In this document: positions 1 to 9,222 of the stretch, in pieces
Position numbering within the stretch: the stretch's first letter is position 1
Layout: each line of letters opens with the position of its first letter
NCBI GenBank assembly: GCA_041652815.1
Contig: JBAZGN010000001.1
Location: forward strand, 317,855 to 381,854
DNA: 64,000 nt
Direction: 5' to 3'
Origin: Candidatus Omnitrophota bacterium
Lineage (GTDB): Bacteria > Omnitrophota > Gorgyraeia > Duberdicusellales > 4484-171
Position numbers and translations under genes: made by a program
The notes under the pieces: generated by a model
The model's input: the letters and a program-made list of their open reading frames with translations, nothing else
The model's database searches: none
What the model was told of the DNA's origin: nothing

Positions 1-722
1 GCGCAAAAAAAGAATACACGGAAGCAATGCTTAAAGCAAAATTCCTTACTCAGGGCCTCGACGGTTTTTCTCTCATAGAAACAATCCTCTGGGCAGAGAA
101 AGGATATTTCCTGAATGATTTACATTTAAACCGGCTTAAAAAATCCTGTGAATATTTTTCAATAAAACTAAATTTCGACAAACTCAAAAAAGAGTTGAAT
201 ATTTTAGCAAAAAAACTAAAAGCAAAAGGCGGAAGATTTAAAATAAGAATATTGGCAAACCTCGAGGGAAATTTCATGATAGAAAATTCTCCTCTCGGCG
301 AACTGGGTTTCCCCGTAAAAGTTAAAATCAGCAGAAAAAAAATAAACCCACAGGATATTTTTCTTTACCATAAGACAACCAAGAGAAAATTTTATGAGGA
401 AGAAAGAGAAAAAGCCAAAAACGCCGGATGCTTTGAGGCAATTTTCTTTAATAAATACGGAGAACTTACCGAAGGAAGCATTTCCAATGTTTTTGTCCCA
501 AAGAACGGAATGCTTTATACTCCGCCGGTTAAATGCGGGCTTTTAAACGGTGTTTTACGCCAGCATCTTTTAAGAACCGATAAAGCAAAAGAGAAAACTC
601 TTTATTTACGGGATATTTTGGCGGCCGATGCGATATATATAGGTAATTCCGTAAGGGGATTGATGAAAGCGGAAATTTCCCTTGCCTCTTTGAGAAATAA
701 CAGTAAAATAAAAATACCCTAA
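1..722 (+). CDS. Class IV aminotransferase / 4-amino-4-deoxychorismate lyase family protein; the N-terminus probably lies beyond the window edge
   Basis: The ORF track starts at 27 but the frame is open to nt 3. The protein aligns with the paralog at 49647-50459 (GFSLIETILWAEKGYFLNDLHLNRL vs GWGVFETLRAYNGKVPFLDLHIARL), and that paralog has about 12 more N-terminal residues. Confidence 0.6.
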   Translation, partial: AKKEYTEAMLKAKFLTQGLDGFSLIETILWAEKGYFLNDLHLNRLKKSCEYFSIKLNFDKLKKELNILAKKLKAKGGRFKIRILANLEGNFMIENSPLGELGFPVKVKISRKKINPQDIFLYHKTTKRKFYEEEREKAKNAGCFEAIFFNKYGELTEGSISNVFVPKNGMLYTPPVKCGLLNGVLRQHLLRTDKAKEKTLYLRDILAADAIYIGNSVRGLMKAEISLASLRNNSKIKIP

Positions 723-736
723 ACGCAGTACTATCC

Positions 737-760
737 CATATTCGCACGAATAAGGGTAAT
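737..760 (+). promoter_or_regulatory. 24-nt box CATATTCGCACGAATAAGGGTAAT abutting the start codon. It contains a perfect 6-2-6 dyad TATTCG-ca-CGAATA (739-752), a candidate ArsR-family operator.
   Basis: The same 24-mer occurs at 1036-1059 in front of pyrK. The dyad geometry is typical of ArsR/SmtB operators, and the box overlaps the SD-like AAGGG. Confidence 0.5.
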
Positions 761-1033
761 ATGAGTAAAGAAACAAAAGTATTTAAGGTTTTGGCTAATT
801 CGCGCCGGCTAAAAATAATGGAGATGCTTCTTGCGAAAGAACGGCTTAGCGTCTCTACCATTTCGCACAAATTGAACCTTTCTTTTAAAAGCACCTCTAG
901 GCACCTTTGCCTTTTGGAAAACAGCGGTTTACTGGAACGGGAGCAAGAGGGGCTTTTTGCGTTTTATAAAATCAAGAAAGATTTAAAGGCAGCATTTAAA
1001 AAACTTTTAGAAGGAATGTCCGTATTTGTATAA
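761..1033 (+). CDS. ArsR/SmtB-family winged-helix transcriptional regulator
   Basis: 90 aa with an HTH region (LSVSTISHKLNLSFKSTSRHLCLLENSGLL) and the ArsR-like N-terminus KVLANSRRLKIMEML. Confidence 0.8.
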   Translation: MSKETKVFKVLANSRRLKIMEMLLAKERLSVSTISHKLNLSFKSTSRHLCLLENSGLLEREQEGLFAFYKIKKDLKAAFKKLLEGMSVFV

Positions 1034-1035
1034 GA

Positions 1036-1059
1036 CATATTCGCACGAATAAGGGTAAT
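1036..1059 (+). promoter_or_regulatory. Second copy of the 24-nt ArsR-like operator box (dyad 1038-1051), directly upstream of pyrK
   Basis: Exact 24/24 match to 737-760. Confidence 0.5.
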
Positions 1060-1060
1060 A

Positions 1061-1852
1061 ATGCCGAAAGAGCTGGAAGTCAAAATTGAGTTTTCGAAAA
1101 AAATAAAAAACGATGTTTATCTTATAGGGTTTAAGTCAGCTTACATCGCAAGCAGCGCTCGATGCGGGCAATTTTTGCATCTAAAAGTAGACGACAAAAT
1201 TACAATTCTGCGCCGGCCGTTAAGTATTCATAAAATTGAAAAAAACCTTATCTATCTCCTTTTCCGTGTCAGGGGAAGAGGAACCAAGCTCCTTTCACAG
1301 TGTAAAAAAGGAGATGTTTTTGATGCTATTGGGCCCCTCGGCAATGGCTTCCACGTCCCACGCCCTACGCCTAACGCCCAACGTATTCTAGTAGCTGGAG
1401 GAATGGGAGTAGCGCCCTTAGTTTTTCTTGCAGAAAAACTAAGGGAAATCCGAAGCCCTAAATCCGAAACTCGAAACTTAATACTCTTGGGGGCTAAGAG
1501 TAAAAAGGAAGTATTAGCCGAAAGCGAATTCAAAAAGCTTGGGTTTGAAGTTCATATCGCAACCGACGACGGTTCTAGAGGGTTTAAGGGGTCGGTTGTG
1601 GAATTATTAAAAGAACAACTTAGAACTTACAACTTAGAACTTAGAACTAATATTTACGCCTGCGGCCCTAAAGAAATGTTTTATGAAATAAAAAAAGTTT
1701 TGGAAAAATATCCGCAAATACAGGCTCAGGTTTCTTTTGAGCAGTTTATGGGTTGCGGCCTTGGAATATGTTACGGCTGCGCCATTGAGACGAAAGAAGG
1801 ATACAAAAAAGTATGTAAAGACGGCCCGGTATTTGATTTAAAAATTATATGA
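1061..1852 (+). CDS. pyrK: Dihydroorotate dehydrogenase electron-transfer subunit (FAD/NAD-binding, 2Fe-2S)
   Basis: 263 aa. The C-terminal CGLGICYGCAIET...VCKDGPVF 2Fe-2S motif and the RPLSIH flavin-reductase fold are typical of PyrK. Confidence 0.85.
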   Translation: MPKELEVKIEFSKKIKNDVYLIGFKSAYIASSARCGQFLHLKVDDKITILRRPLSIHKIEKNLIYLLFRVRGRGTKLLSQCKKGDVFDAIGPLGNGFHVPRPTPNAQRILVAGGMGVAPLVFLAEKLREIRSPKSETRNLILLGAKSKKEVLAESEFKKLGFEVHIATDDGSRGFKGSVVELLKEQLRTYNLELRTNIYACGPKEMFYEIKKVLEKYPQIQAQVSFEQFMGCGLGICYGCAIETKEGYKKVCKDGPVFDLKII

Positions 1853-3348
1853 TAAAAAAATTAATTTTATTTTTGTTTTGTATATTAATTACAATTTCCG
1901 TTTACGCTCAAATCACGGTGTATCTCAAAAACGGCAGGCAGGTGCAGGGTTATTTCGTAAGCATAGATAATTCCAAGATAGTAATTGCCCAGGGTAGGGG
2001 TAATATTCGAATGAGCCTTTACAAAGAAGAGATAGATAAAATCGAAGGTTTTACTTTTGAGGAATTTTCAAGGGCAAAAGACACCTACGAAGCCGGCCAC
2101 TTCGAGGGCAAGGAAAAAGGATTTGCTTCTTCGTATAAAGATGCCGTTAAGATGGTTTCCGAAAAACGGGGATTAGAATTTATATCAGAAGTTAAAAATG
2201 AAATGATTTCGCGTGAGAACATAAAAAAATACATGGAAAAAAAGCTGCAAGAAGAGGTTAAAGACGAAGAAATTGAGCAAGACAAAAAGCTGCTGGTTAA
2301 ATTAGGAATTATAAGCCCGGGCGCAGACTATAAAAAGATGATTATTGAGCTTTTTACCCGTAACGTTGCCGGTTTCTATGAGCCGAAAGAAAACAAAATG
2401 TATGTTGTGGATGAGGCTGCCTCTTCGTTTTCTCCTTTCCTGCCGTCAGAAGTTGTAATACATGAGCTGGTCCATGCGCTGCAGGACCAATATATTATGC
2501 TTGATTATCTGGATGAAGATCTTAAAAAGGCAAACGACGATAAAGCCCTCGCAATGAAATCCGTCATCGAAGGGGAAGCAACTTATGTATCTTTTAGCAT
2601 CATGGCAGATTATATTAAAAAAAGAACCAGCGGCGGCCCGCAAAGTAAAGTATTTGATTCGATGGATATGGAAAAGTTTATTTTGGAATCGATGATGCTT
2701 ATGACAAAGAGCCTTTCCCCGGAATTTGAAAACAAAGCACTTATTCACTATTTGCTTTTTCCTTACATAAACGGCGGCCTGTTTATTAAATACGCCTACG
2801 ATAACGGTGGCTGGAAAAAGGTCGATTCCGTATACAAAAATTATCCGCTTTCAACTGAGCAGATAATTCATCCTGAGAAATATTTTCTTGTTGAAGATAA
2901 GCCTCTCCCGTTGCCAGGGAAAAATTTTTCATTTCTCGCTCAGGACGGCTACAAAGAAATTTCAAAAGGAACCCTGGGGGAGTTTACCATTTATACATTA
3001 GGAATCACATTCCTGGACGACCTTTATGCGAAAATGCTTTCTGTTGGGTGGGGGAATGATAGCTATTATCTTTATGAAAAAGAAGGTAAACTTACGCTGA
3101 TTATGGATACGCGCTGGGATTCCGTGCTTGAGGCAGAAGAATTCTTTAAAGGGATGAAGGCTCTTATGGATAAAAAATATGCGAACCTTAAATGGAATGA
3201 TAAACAAAACTTTATGATTGCCGAAAACGAAGGCAACATAATTTATATAGGCAAAAAAGATGACGGAGTTATGATAATAGAAGAAGAAGGAAAAGATAAA
3301 AGCACAATAGAAAAAGTAACAAAAATTTGTGTTTTTCCTTATTCATAA
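1849..3348 (+). CDS. Secreted putative zinc metalloprotease (HExxH)
   Basis: N-terminal signal peptide MIKKLILFLFCILITISVYAQ, motif VVIHELVHALQD followed by EGEATY. Its start overlaps the pyrK stop (ATGA), so the two are translationally coupled. Confidence 0.55.
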   Translation: MIKKLILFLFCILITISVYAQITVYLKNGRQVQGYFVSIDNSKIVIAQGRGNIRMSLYKEEIDKIEGFTFEEFSRAKDTYEAGHFEGKEKGFASSYKDAVKMVSEKRGLEFISEVKNEMISRENIKKYMEKKLQEEVKDEEIEQDKKLLVKLGIISPGADYKKMIIELFTRNVAGFYEPKENKMYVVDEAASSFSPFLPSEVVIHELVHALQDQYIMLDYLDEDLKKANDDKALAMKSVIEGEATYVSFSIMADYIKKRTSGGPQSKVFDSMDMEKFILESMMLMTKSLSPEFENKALIHYLLFPYINGGLFIKYAYDNGGWKKVDSVYKNYPLSTEQIIHPEKYFLVEDKPLPLPGKNFSFLAQDGYKEISKGTLGEFTIYTLGITFLDDLYAKMLSVGWGNDSYYLYEKEGKLTLIMDTRWDSVLEAEEFFKGMKALMDKKYANLKWNDKQNFMIAENEGNIIYIGKKDDGVMIIEEEGKDKSTIEKVTKICVFPYS

Positions 3349-3368
3349 AGTTTAAAAAGGAGGAAACT

Positions 3369-3560
3369 ATGTCGAATTTTATAACCGCCCTGATTCCCTT
3401 GATGATTGGAATTGTTATTCTGGCCTTTCCCCAGGTCTTTACGCAAAAAGATTTGAAAAGTAAAGAAAATGCGCCCACAAGAAAGACAATACAGATAATA
3501 GGCATAGCGGCTATTGTCGTCAGCGTGATTATTTTTTTAAAAGTAACAGCTTTTAAATGA
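3369..3560 (+). CDS. Small two-helix membrane protein (63 aa)
   Basis: SD AAAGGAGG lies 6 nt upstream of the ATG at 3369. There are two hydrophobic segments. The ORF-track 5' extension from 3327 is unlikely. Confidence 0.45.
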   Translation: MSNFITALIPLMIGIVILAFPQVFTQKDLKSKENAPTRKTIQIIGIAAIVVSVIIFLKVTAFK

Positions 3561-3689
3561 TTTACATTCAAATGAAACCAACATTTTTTCATCGCTTCGC
3601 TTAAAAAAATGATGTGCTAAATGGAAATTTAACCGGAGCGCTTCGGGTTAAATTGTCCAACTAAAGTTGGACAATTTAAGGAGGTCAAG

Positions 3690-4838
3690 ATGGAGCCTTT
3701 CATCTCTATAATTGTGCCGGTAAGGAATATGGAAAGAACCATAGGTAAAACCTTCGAATATCTTATGGGTGCAGAGTACCCCCGCGATAAAATGGAAATT
3801 GTATTTGCTGATGGTGGAAGCACCGATAGCACAATTTCAATAATAAAAAACTATCAAAAAGAACACCCTTACATCAAACTTGTAGAAATTCCCAAATGCC
3901 CTTCTCCGGGCTTTGCCAGGACTAAGGCCTTAGAAGTTGTGAAAGGAGATCTTGTGTTCTTCACCGACGGAGATTGCGCACCCTGCAAAGACTGGATATA
4001 TAAAATGCTCGAAGTATTTAAAACGGACGCAAAAATAGGTGCTGTAGGCGGAGAAATACTTACGTTAAAAGTTGACCCAAATAATCTGGTTGAGATTTTC
4101 TGCCAGGCGTTCGGCTTTAACCGGGTTTCCTGGCGTTACGGGAATCTACAGGAAGGCTACTACCCGGATTTAAGCGATATGGCGCCGACTCAAGTATGCG
4201 GGCACAGAGCATATTTCTTTGTTACAGCCAATGTTGCCTACAGAAAAGAAGTCATAGATGAAAATTCACGAAAATTCTGGGACTTGCCTACCGGTGAAGA
4301 TATTGATTTCGGCATAAGAGCAAGAAAAAAGGGGTGGAAATTTTATTTTCTTCCCTCAGCTTCGGTTGAGCACATGCATAGAGCGGATTTGCCGGCGCTT
4401 TTAAAAGTATGGAAATCATACGGCGCAGCGCACCCGCCGCTACTTCGTGCACATAGCACAGACCGCATGGAAATAATTTTTCAGTTTCTCGGCAAATACC
4501 CCGAGCACCCGATATTGCGCATACCATTTTTTGTAAAAGGATTCATTTACATAGGCAACTTTCATCTGATGCATATCTTTGGCGCATTGTTTTTGCTGTT
4601 TTTTATTTTACAATGGGGGTTCCCTTGCTCTTTCTGGCTTAAATTGTTTGCCTGGGTATCGTTGGCGATAACTTCATATGTAAAATTTAAATACTTTAGA
4701 ATGATATTTAACATAGAGCCCTATGACAAATGGATTGAATTCGCGAAGATGAAATATCTAACTAATCTTTATTTTGTTAAAGGCGGGCTGAAAGGTTCAT
4801 TTAAAAACGGAACTTTTTGTATAGAACCTAGCTTCTAA
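3690..4838 (+). CDS. Family 2 glycosyltransferase with a C-terminal multi-pass membrane domain
   Basis: GT-A motifs IIVPVRNMERTI, DGGSTDST and FTDGDC. The C-terminal ~120 aa is hydrophobic. SD GGAGG lies upstream. Confidence 0.75.
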   Translation: MEPFISIIVPVRNMERTIGKTFEYLMGAEYPRDKMEIVFADGGSTDSTISIIKNYQKEHPYIKLVEIPKCPSPGFARTKALEVVKGDLVFFTDGDCAPCKDWIYKMLEVFKTDAKIGAVGGEILTLKVDPNNLVEIFCQAFGFNRVSWRYGNLQEGYYPDLSDMAPTQVCGHRAYFFVTANVAYRKEVIDENSRKFWDLPTGEDIDFGIRARKKGWKFYFLPSASVEHMHRADLPALLKVWKSYGAAHPPLLRAHSTDRMEIIFQFLGKYPEHPILRIPFFVKGFIYIGNFHLMHIFGALFLLFFILQWGFPCSFWLKLFAWVSLAITSYVKFKYFRMIFNIEPYDKWIEFAKMKYLTNLYFVKGGLKGSFKNGTFCIEPSF

Positions 4839-4840
4839 AG

Positions 4841-4905
4841 AAAGCTTTCAGCTATCAGTCTTCAGCTCTCAGCTGAAAGCTGACGACTGAAGGCAGAGAG
4901 CTTTA
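4841..4905. repeat. Compound palindrome, CAGCTGAAAGCTG family (B1)
   Basis: aagctttcagctatcagtcttcagc / gctgaaagctgacgactgaaggc arms. Related copies are at 18589, 20403, 39496, 46402 and 63749. Confidence 0.85.
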
Positions 4906-4915
4906 AAGGAGACGT

Positions 4916-5272
4916 ATGTGGATTGGTTATGTAATTTTGGGTTTGGCTGCTGGGACGCTTAGTGGGCTTTTAGGCATCGGCGGAGGATTAATCCTTATAC
5001 CAGCACTTGTTTATATCTTTGGGTTAACACAACATCAAGCTCAGGGCACGACCCTTGCCTTTATGATTCCACCCATAGGTTTACTTGCCGCGCTTAAATA
5101 TTATCACGACGGCAACGTAAAACTTAATATTGCTATGTTCATGTGCTTGGGGTTTTTTATTGGCGGACTGTTGGGGGCAATGTTCGTTAACAAAATACCA
5201 GAACTTTTGCTTAAAAGGATATTCGGCATAGCTTTATTGTTGGCTTCTCTGCGGATGATTTTTGGAAAATGA
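4916..5272 (+). CDS. Half-size TauE/SafE (DUF81, TSUP) family membrane protein
   Basis: 118 aa, LGIGGGLILIPALVYIFGL motif, 4 TM segments. Confidence 0.6.
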   Translation: MWIGYVILGLAAGTLSGLLGIGGGLILIPALVYIFGLTQHQAQGTTLAFMIPPIGLLAALKYYHDGNVKLNIAMFMCLGFFIGGLLGAMFVNKIPELLLKRIFGIALLLASLRMIFGK

Positions 5273-5327
5273 ACCCTTTCCTAAGCCCTAACGGCGTTTA
5301 GTTTAAAAGGCAAAAGAGAATAATTCA

Positions 5328-5759
5328 TCAACGCACGTCTTTCTCGATTATTTTAAGTAAATCTTCTCTTAATTTATCTTTTGTCCACAGGCAGTAACCT
5401 ACATAAAGGTCATATTTCAGCGAATAAAATACATTAGGAGCGCATTCCCAGGTTTTAAAACTCATCGGTAATTTACTATAAGAAATATCAATATACGTAC
5501 CTTCTTTCTTTCCGATTTTCTTCCATGGTTCACCATATGTAATGTAAAGCTCGTCCCTGCGCGATTTCTTTAGCGCAGTATTATCAAAAGCCTTGAGGTC
5601 ACTGTGGTTTTGTTTTAACACAATGATATCATCATAAATCTTCTTGATTATTTCGTTGCCGCCTTGGATGTAAGATTCGGCGAAAGCATTTGGAGCAAAG
5701 GGTATCAAGGAAACGAAAAATAGAATTGCCAGAATGCACGCTTGCATATTTTTTGTCAT
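5328..5759 (-). CDS. Hypothetical secreted protein (island gene 6)
   Basis: Signal peptide MTKNMQACILAILFFVSLIPFAPNAFA. No recognisable domain. Confidence 0.5.
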   Translation of the reverse strand: MTKNMQACILAILFFVSLIPFAPNAFAESYIQGGNEIIKKIYDDIIVLKQNHSDLKAFDNTALKKSRRDELYITYGEPWKKIGKKEGTYIDISYSKLPMSFKTWECAPNVFYSLKYDLYVGYCLWTKDKLREDLLKIIEKDVR

Positions 5760-5853
5760 TTTTACCCCTTTCTTAAAAGTACCCCAGTCACCGGTCTTAA
5801 GCCGCCCAGTTTTGACTTGCCAGTAGAGCTATGGGGCGCTTCTTTAGCAAAAA

Positions 5854-6189
5854 TTACTTTATAAACCTAATACATAGGGGATACTTAAAATCTTCACCTT
5901 TACTTGTCTTTACGGCTGCAATGATTACCATAACATAATTAAAAATTATTACCGCAGGGAAAAGAAAAAAGCCAATCAGCATAAATGCCGAAAGCCACGC
6001 CCCAATTAGATAAATTATGATAGAAATCTGAAAATTTAAAGATTCTTTGCCATTCTTGTCGACGGCTGCCGATTCGCCATTCTTAACTAACCAGAGAATC
6101 AAAGGTCCCAAAAATCCGATTAGCCCCAAAAGATGACATGCCATTGCTAAATTGTTCTCTTGTTTATTCTGCGCTTCTGCCATAAACAC
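5854..6189 (-). CDS. Small membrane protein, DUF4870-like
   Basis: 111 aa with two to three TM helices (HLLGLIGFLGPLILWL). Confidence 0.45.
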   Translation of the reverse strand: MFMAEAQNKQENNLAMACHLLGLIGFLGPLILWLVKNGESAAVDKNGKESLNFQISIIIYLIGAWLSAFMLIGFFLFPAVIIFNYVMVIIAAVKTSKGEDFKYPLCIRFIK

Positions 6190-6237
6190 CTCCTTAATGA
6201 CCCCGACGTAACGTCGGCGGGATACAATAAAATAATA

Positions 6238-6648
6238 CTATCCCCAAAATATCCATCCGAATAACCGTACAGCTATATAATAAAGCTTTGCAAACCCAAA
6301 GCCATTATTTTTCAAAATAATATAAAATTCTCTATCAACTTCCTTGCGTTTGATGAATGATTTTACATCTCGGCTAAACTGGTAAAAAACGTCGTGGATT
6401 AAAGAAGCATAATAAGTTTTGCTTTGCCCTGTATCAAAATTTAAAACCCCTTCAAATGTCCCGACATAAACATCTTTTATCTTTAACTTAGGGCTGCAGC
6501 CATCCCAGGCATAGCCTTTATAATTGCTGCCTTTTACGATAACCGTGCCATCAGAATCAAGCTTAAGCCACTCATTTTCGAATGCGCGTTCTTTTATCAG
6601 TGATGGATAGTTATAATCTTTCTTTATACAATATACGTAAACACCCAT
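6238..6648 (-). CDS. Hypothetical protein, DUF1353-like
   Basis: Motifs YAWDGCSPK and SLIHDVFYQ recall the phage-associated DUF1353. Confidence 0.45.
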   Translation of the reverse strand: MGVYVYCIKKDYNYPSLIKERAFENEWLKLDSDGTVIVKGSNYKGYAWDGCSPKLKIKDVYVGTFEGVLNFDTGQSKTYYASLIHDVFYQFSRDVKSFIKRKEVDREFYIILKNNGFGFAKLYYIAVRLFGWIFWG

Positions 6649-6651
6649 ACT

Positions 6652-6903
6652 TTACTTTTTTCTTGCCGTTGTTATGAGGGGCAACGCAAAGCAAAATACT
6701 AAAACTATTGCGCCGACAGCTATGGTATATTGCGCAATAAACAAATGTAATGAAACCGCCGCTTTAGGTATTGTCCCCAGGGCAACAGGTGAATTTTTCC
6801 AGCTTTCCATTGCTATTTGCATTACCAGGTTGAACATAATATTCAAGGCGATAAATGAAAGAAATAAAATAATCGCACGTAAGATTACTGATACCCACTT
6901 CAT
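6652..6903 (-). CDS. Small membrane protein (83 aa)
   Basis: Two to three hydrophobic helices, with a 3-nt gap to the downstream gene. Confidence 0.45.
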   Translation of the reverse strand: MKWVSVILRAIILFLSFIALNIMFNLVMQIAMESWKNSPVALGTIPKAAVSLHLFIAQYTIAVGAIVLVFCFALPLITTARKK

Positions 6904-6967
6904 TTTTTATCCTCCTTATTGCCAACGATAAACTATTTCGCCATCCAAGATTTACACTTTACTATTT

Positions 6968-7216
6968 TTATTCTTCTTTACGCAGTTTCCTTTTCAAGAA
7001 TTCCCCGAAAAGAAAAAGCATTGATGAACAAAACAGGCCTTTGGCAAAAAAATACATCTGAAGATTCATCTCTGCCGGGTCAATAATGTTTTTACCTCTT
7101 AAAAACGGCGATTTATCGCCAAAGCTTACAAAATACCCGCCGAAATAGAGCCAAGAACAAATAATCAGAATCAAAAGCGCTACGATTGGGTTTATCCATT
7201 TGAGATAGAATCTCAT
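6968..7216 (-). CDS. Small membrane protein (82 aa)
   Basis: Hydrophobic N-terminal helices and a basic C-terminus. Confidence 0.4.
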   Translation of the reverse strand: MRFYLKWINPIVALLILIICSWLYFGGYFVSFGDKSPFLRGKNIIDPAEMNLQMYFFAKGLFCSSMLFLFGEFLKRKLRKEE

Positions 7217-7243
7217 TTGACCTCTTTTTTAGTAAATAGTATC

Positions 7244-8071
7244 TTATTTATTCCGCAATTTTTCTATTTTTTCTATATGTAATTTGTCCTTAATAGTTAA
7301 TGCTTTTCCAGCAAAATATTCTTTTTTATTGCGAAAAGAAAAACTTATTTCATGATTTTCTTGTGATGCTATTTTTATATCGGTTACTAAAAGATTAGTA
7401 TAAGAAATTTTTTGTTCATGCAACTCTGTTTCAATAACCCATTTTGTTGGTTTTTTTATATTTGTTCCAGGGATATTATACGGCAATTGTGACATTGCCA
7501 AAGTGGCGTGGCGTATAGTTTTAATAAAATCAGCCAGTCTCATTAGTTGTTTTGATGGGTGACAATTTGGCGGAAGCAGTAAGCCAATTATTTTCTTATG
7601 TTGCTTTTTTACAATGCTGATAGATTCTGCAAGGTCACTGTCATTCGAAATTATCACAGCACAGTCATATTGATTCATCCAGGCATCGTTTAGTAAATGA
7701 ACAGCAAGATTAACATCCGAGCCTTTTTCTTCAGTTTTAATTATTTTGACAAATTTTTGATTATCTGTGGGGTTGGCTAATATAGCCCAGGCGTCATGGC
7801 TAAGAAAATGTCCGTAGTATTCAGAAAATCCGGAAGTATATTCTTTTAATGCCTTTATATATGTTTGTTGATTTTTGGGTTTATGGGGGTCAGTTTTACC
7901 AGAAACCGTGGCCGTGAAGTATTTAATCTCTTCGATTTTGTGTGTTTTATCTAAGATCGTTTGGCAAAGTTTTTTTAAGTCCAACCATTTGTAAGGAGAA
8001 TCTTTCAGGCCGCGATAATAGAGGTTAAAGCCATCAATATATATCCACGTTCTTTGAGTCATTGTGGACAA
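7244..8071 (-). CDS. NYN-domain (LabA-like) putative RNase with a C-terminal extension of unknown function
   Basis: WIYIDGFNLYY, KGSDVNLAVHLLNDA and AVIISNDSDLAESI are hallmark NYN/PIN-like acidic-residue motifs. Confidence 0.65.
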   Translation of the reverse strand: MSTMTQRTWIYIDGFNLYYRGLKDSPYKWLDLKKLCQTILDKTHKIEEIKYFTATVSGKTDPHKPKNQQTYIKALKEYTSGFSEYYGHFLSHDAWAILANPTDNQKFVKIIKTEEKGSDVNLAVHLLNDAWMNQYDCAVIISNDSDLAESISIVKKQHKKIIGLLLPPNCHPSKQLMRLADFIKTIRHATLAMSQLPYNIPGTNIKKPTKWVIETELHEQKISYTNLLVTDIKIASQENHEISFSFRNKKEYFAGKALTIKDKLHIEKIEKLRNK

Positions 8072-8319
8072 AAATAAGCAGGGGCTGCCAAAAGGCAGCC
8101 CCGCGCCTTGGGTCGAAGCCCAAGGGTAGTTAGCATATTTCTTTCAATTAAAATATATACCATAACAACCATTTTTGTCAAATTTTTATTTTACTCATTA
8201 TACCACCCCCATCATAAATCAAAAGTATTTTTAAGCACAGATTGTATAGCTAGAGTTAACCTAAATCAACGAATAAACTAACATTTGAAACTACCCGCAT
8301 TCTATAATACAATAGGTAA

Positions 8320-9222
8320 ATGAATTTACGCGTAAAAGTAGGTAATTTCAACCTTCCAACCCCGGTTATTTGCGCTTCCGGGACTTTTGGCTACGGAGAA
8401 GAGTTAAAAGGCCTGGTTAACTTTAAAAATATCGGCGCAATAACTACCAAAACCATTACTCCGCAGGCGCGTGCCGGAAACCCTCCCCCTAGAATTTATG
8501 AGACAGAATACGGAGTTATCAATTCAATCGGACTGGAAAATCCCGGGCTAGAGGGCTTTCTGGAAGAAAAACTCCCAATGCTTGTTAAGCTGCCCGTAAA
8601 ATCAATCATAAGCGTCGGCGGGTTTTCGCAGGAAGATTACGAGGAAATAGTTAAGCGGCTCGAAGACAAAAAAATAGAAGCTCTTGAAATTAATCTTTCC
8701 TGCCCTAATATCAAAATGAAAAAAATGTTTTCTCAAAACAAAGAGTTAACTTACAATCTAGTGAAGTCTTTACGAGCGCTTACCAAAAAAACTCTGATCA
8801 TAAAAATTACACCGGAAATAGATGATATTGTAGAAATCGCAAAGGCAAGCAAAGAAGCAGGTGCGGATGCACTTTCCCTTGTAAACACTTTCTTTGCTCT
8901 TGCAATAAACATCGAAACAAAAAAGCCTTATTTGGGAAGTATTCATGGCGGCTATTCAAGCCGGGCAATCAAGCCGCTTGCCTTATATAAAATCTGGCAG
9001 GTTTACAAGAGTGTGGATATACCAATTATTGGCGGAGGCGGCATTGAGAATACAAACGATGCCATTGAGTTTTTTCTTGCCGGAGCAACCGCAATAAGCA
9101 TCGGCACGATAAATTTAGTTTATCCAAACCGGGCAACTGATATAGTAAAAGGGCTGAAAGATTACATGAAGAGAAAAAAGATAAGCGATATAAATGAATT
9201 AAGGGGAGGAATGCTCGCATGA
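8320..9222 (+). CDS. pyrD: Dihydroorotate dehydrogenase catalytic subunit (class 1B)
   Basis: NLPTPVICASGTFGYGEE, LSCPN and IIGGGGIE motifs. Confidence 0.9.
   Translation: MNLRVKVGNFNLPTPVICASGTFGYGEELKGLVNFKNIGAITTKTITPQARAGNPPPRIYETEYGVINSIGLENPGLEGFLEEKLPMLVKLPVKSIISVGGFSQEDYEEIVKRLEDKKIEALEINLSCPNIKMKKMFSQNKELTYNLVKSLRALTKKTLIIKITPEIDDIVEIAKASKEAGADALSLVNTFFALAINIETKKPYLGSIHGGYSSRAIKPLALYKIWQVYKSVDIPIIGGGGIENTNDAIEFFLAGATAISIGTINLVYPNRATDIVKGLKDYMKRKKISDINELRGGMLA

Noticed and set aside
8160-8319. Sigma-70-like promoter for pyrD (TTGTCA ... and TATAAT at ~8302)
   Set aside because: Hexamer-like strings are expected by chance in a ~75% AT stretch, spacing to a -35 is poor, and I cannot support a call without transcript-start data.
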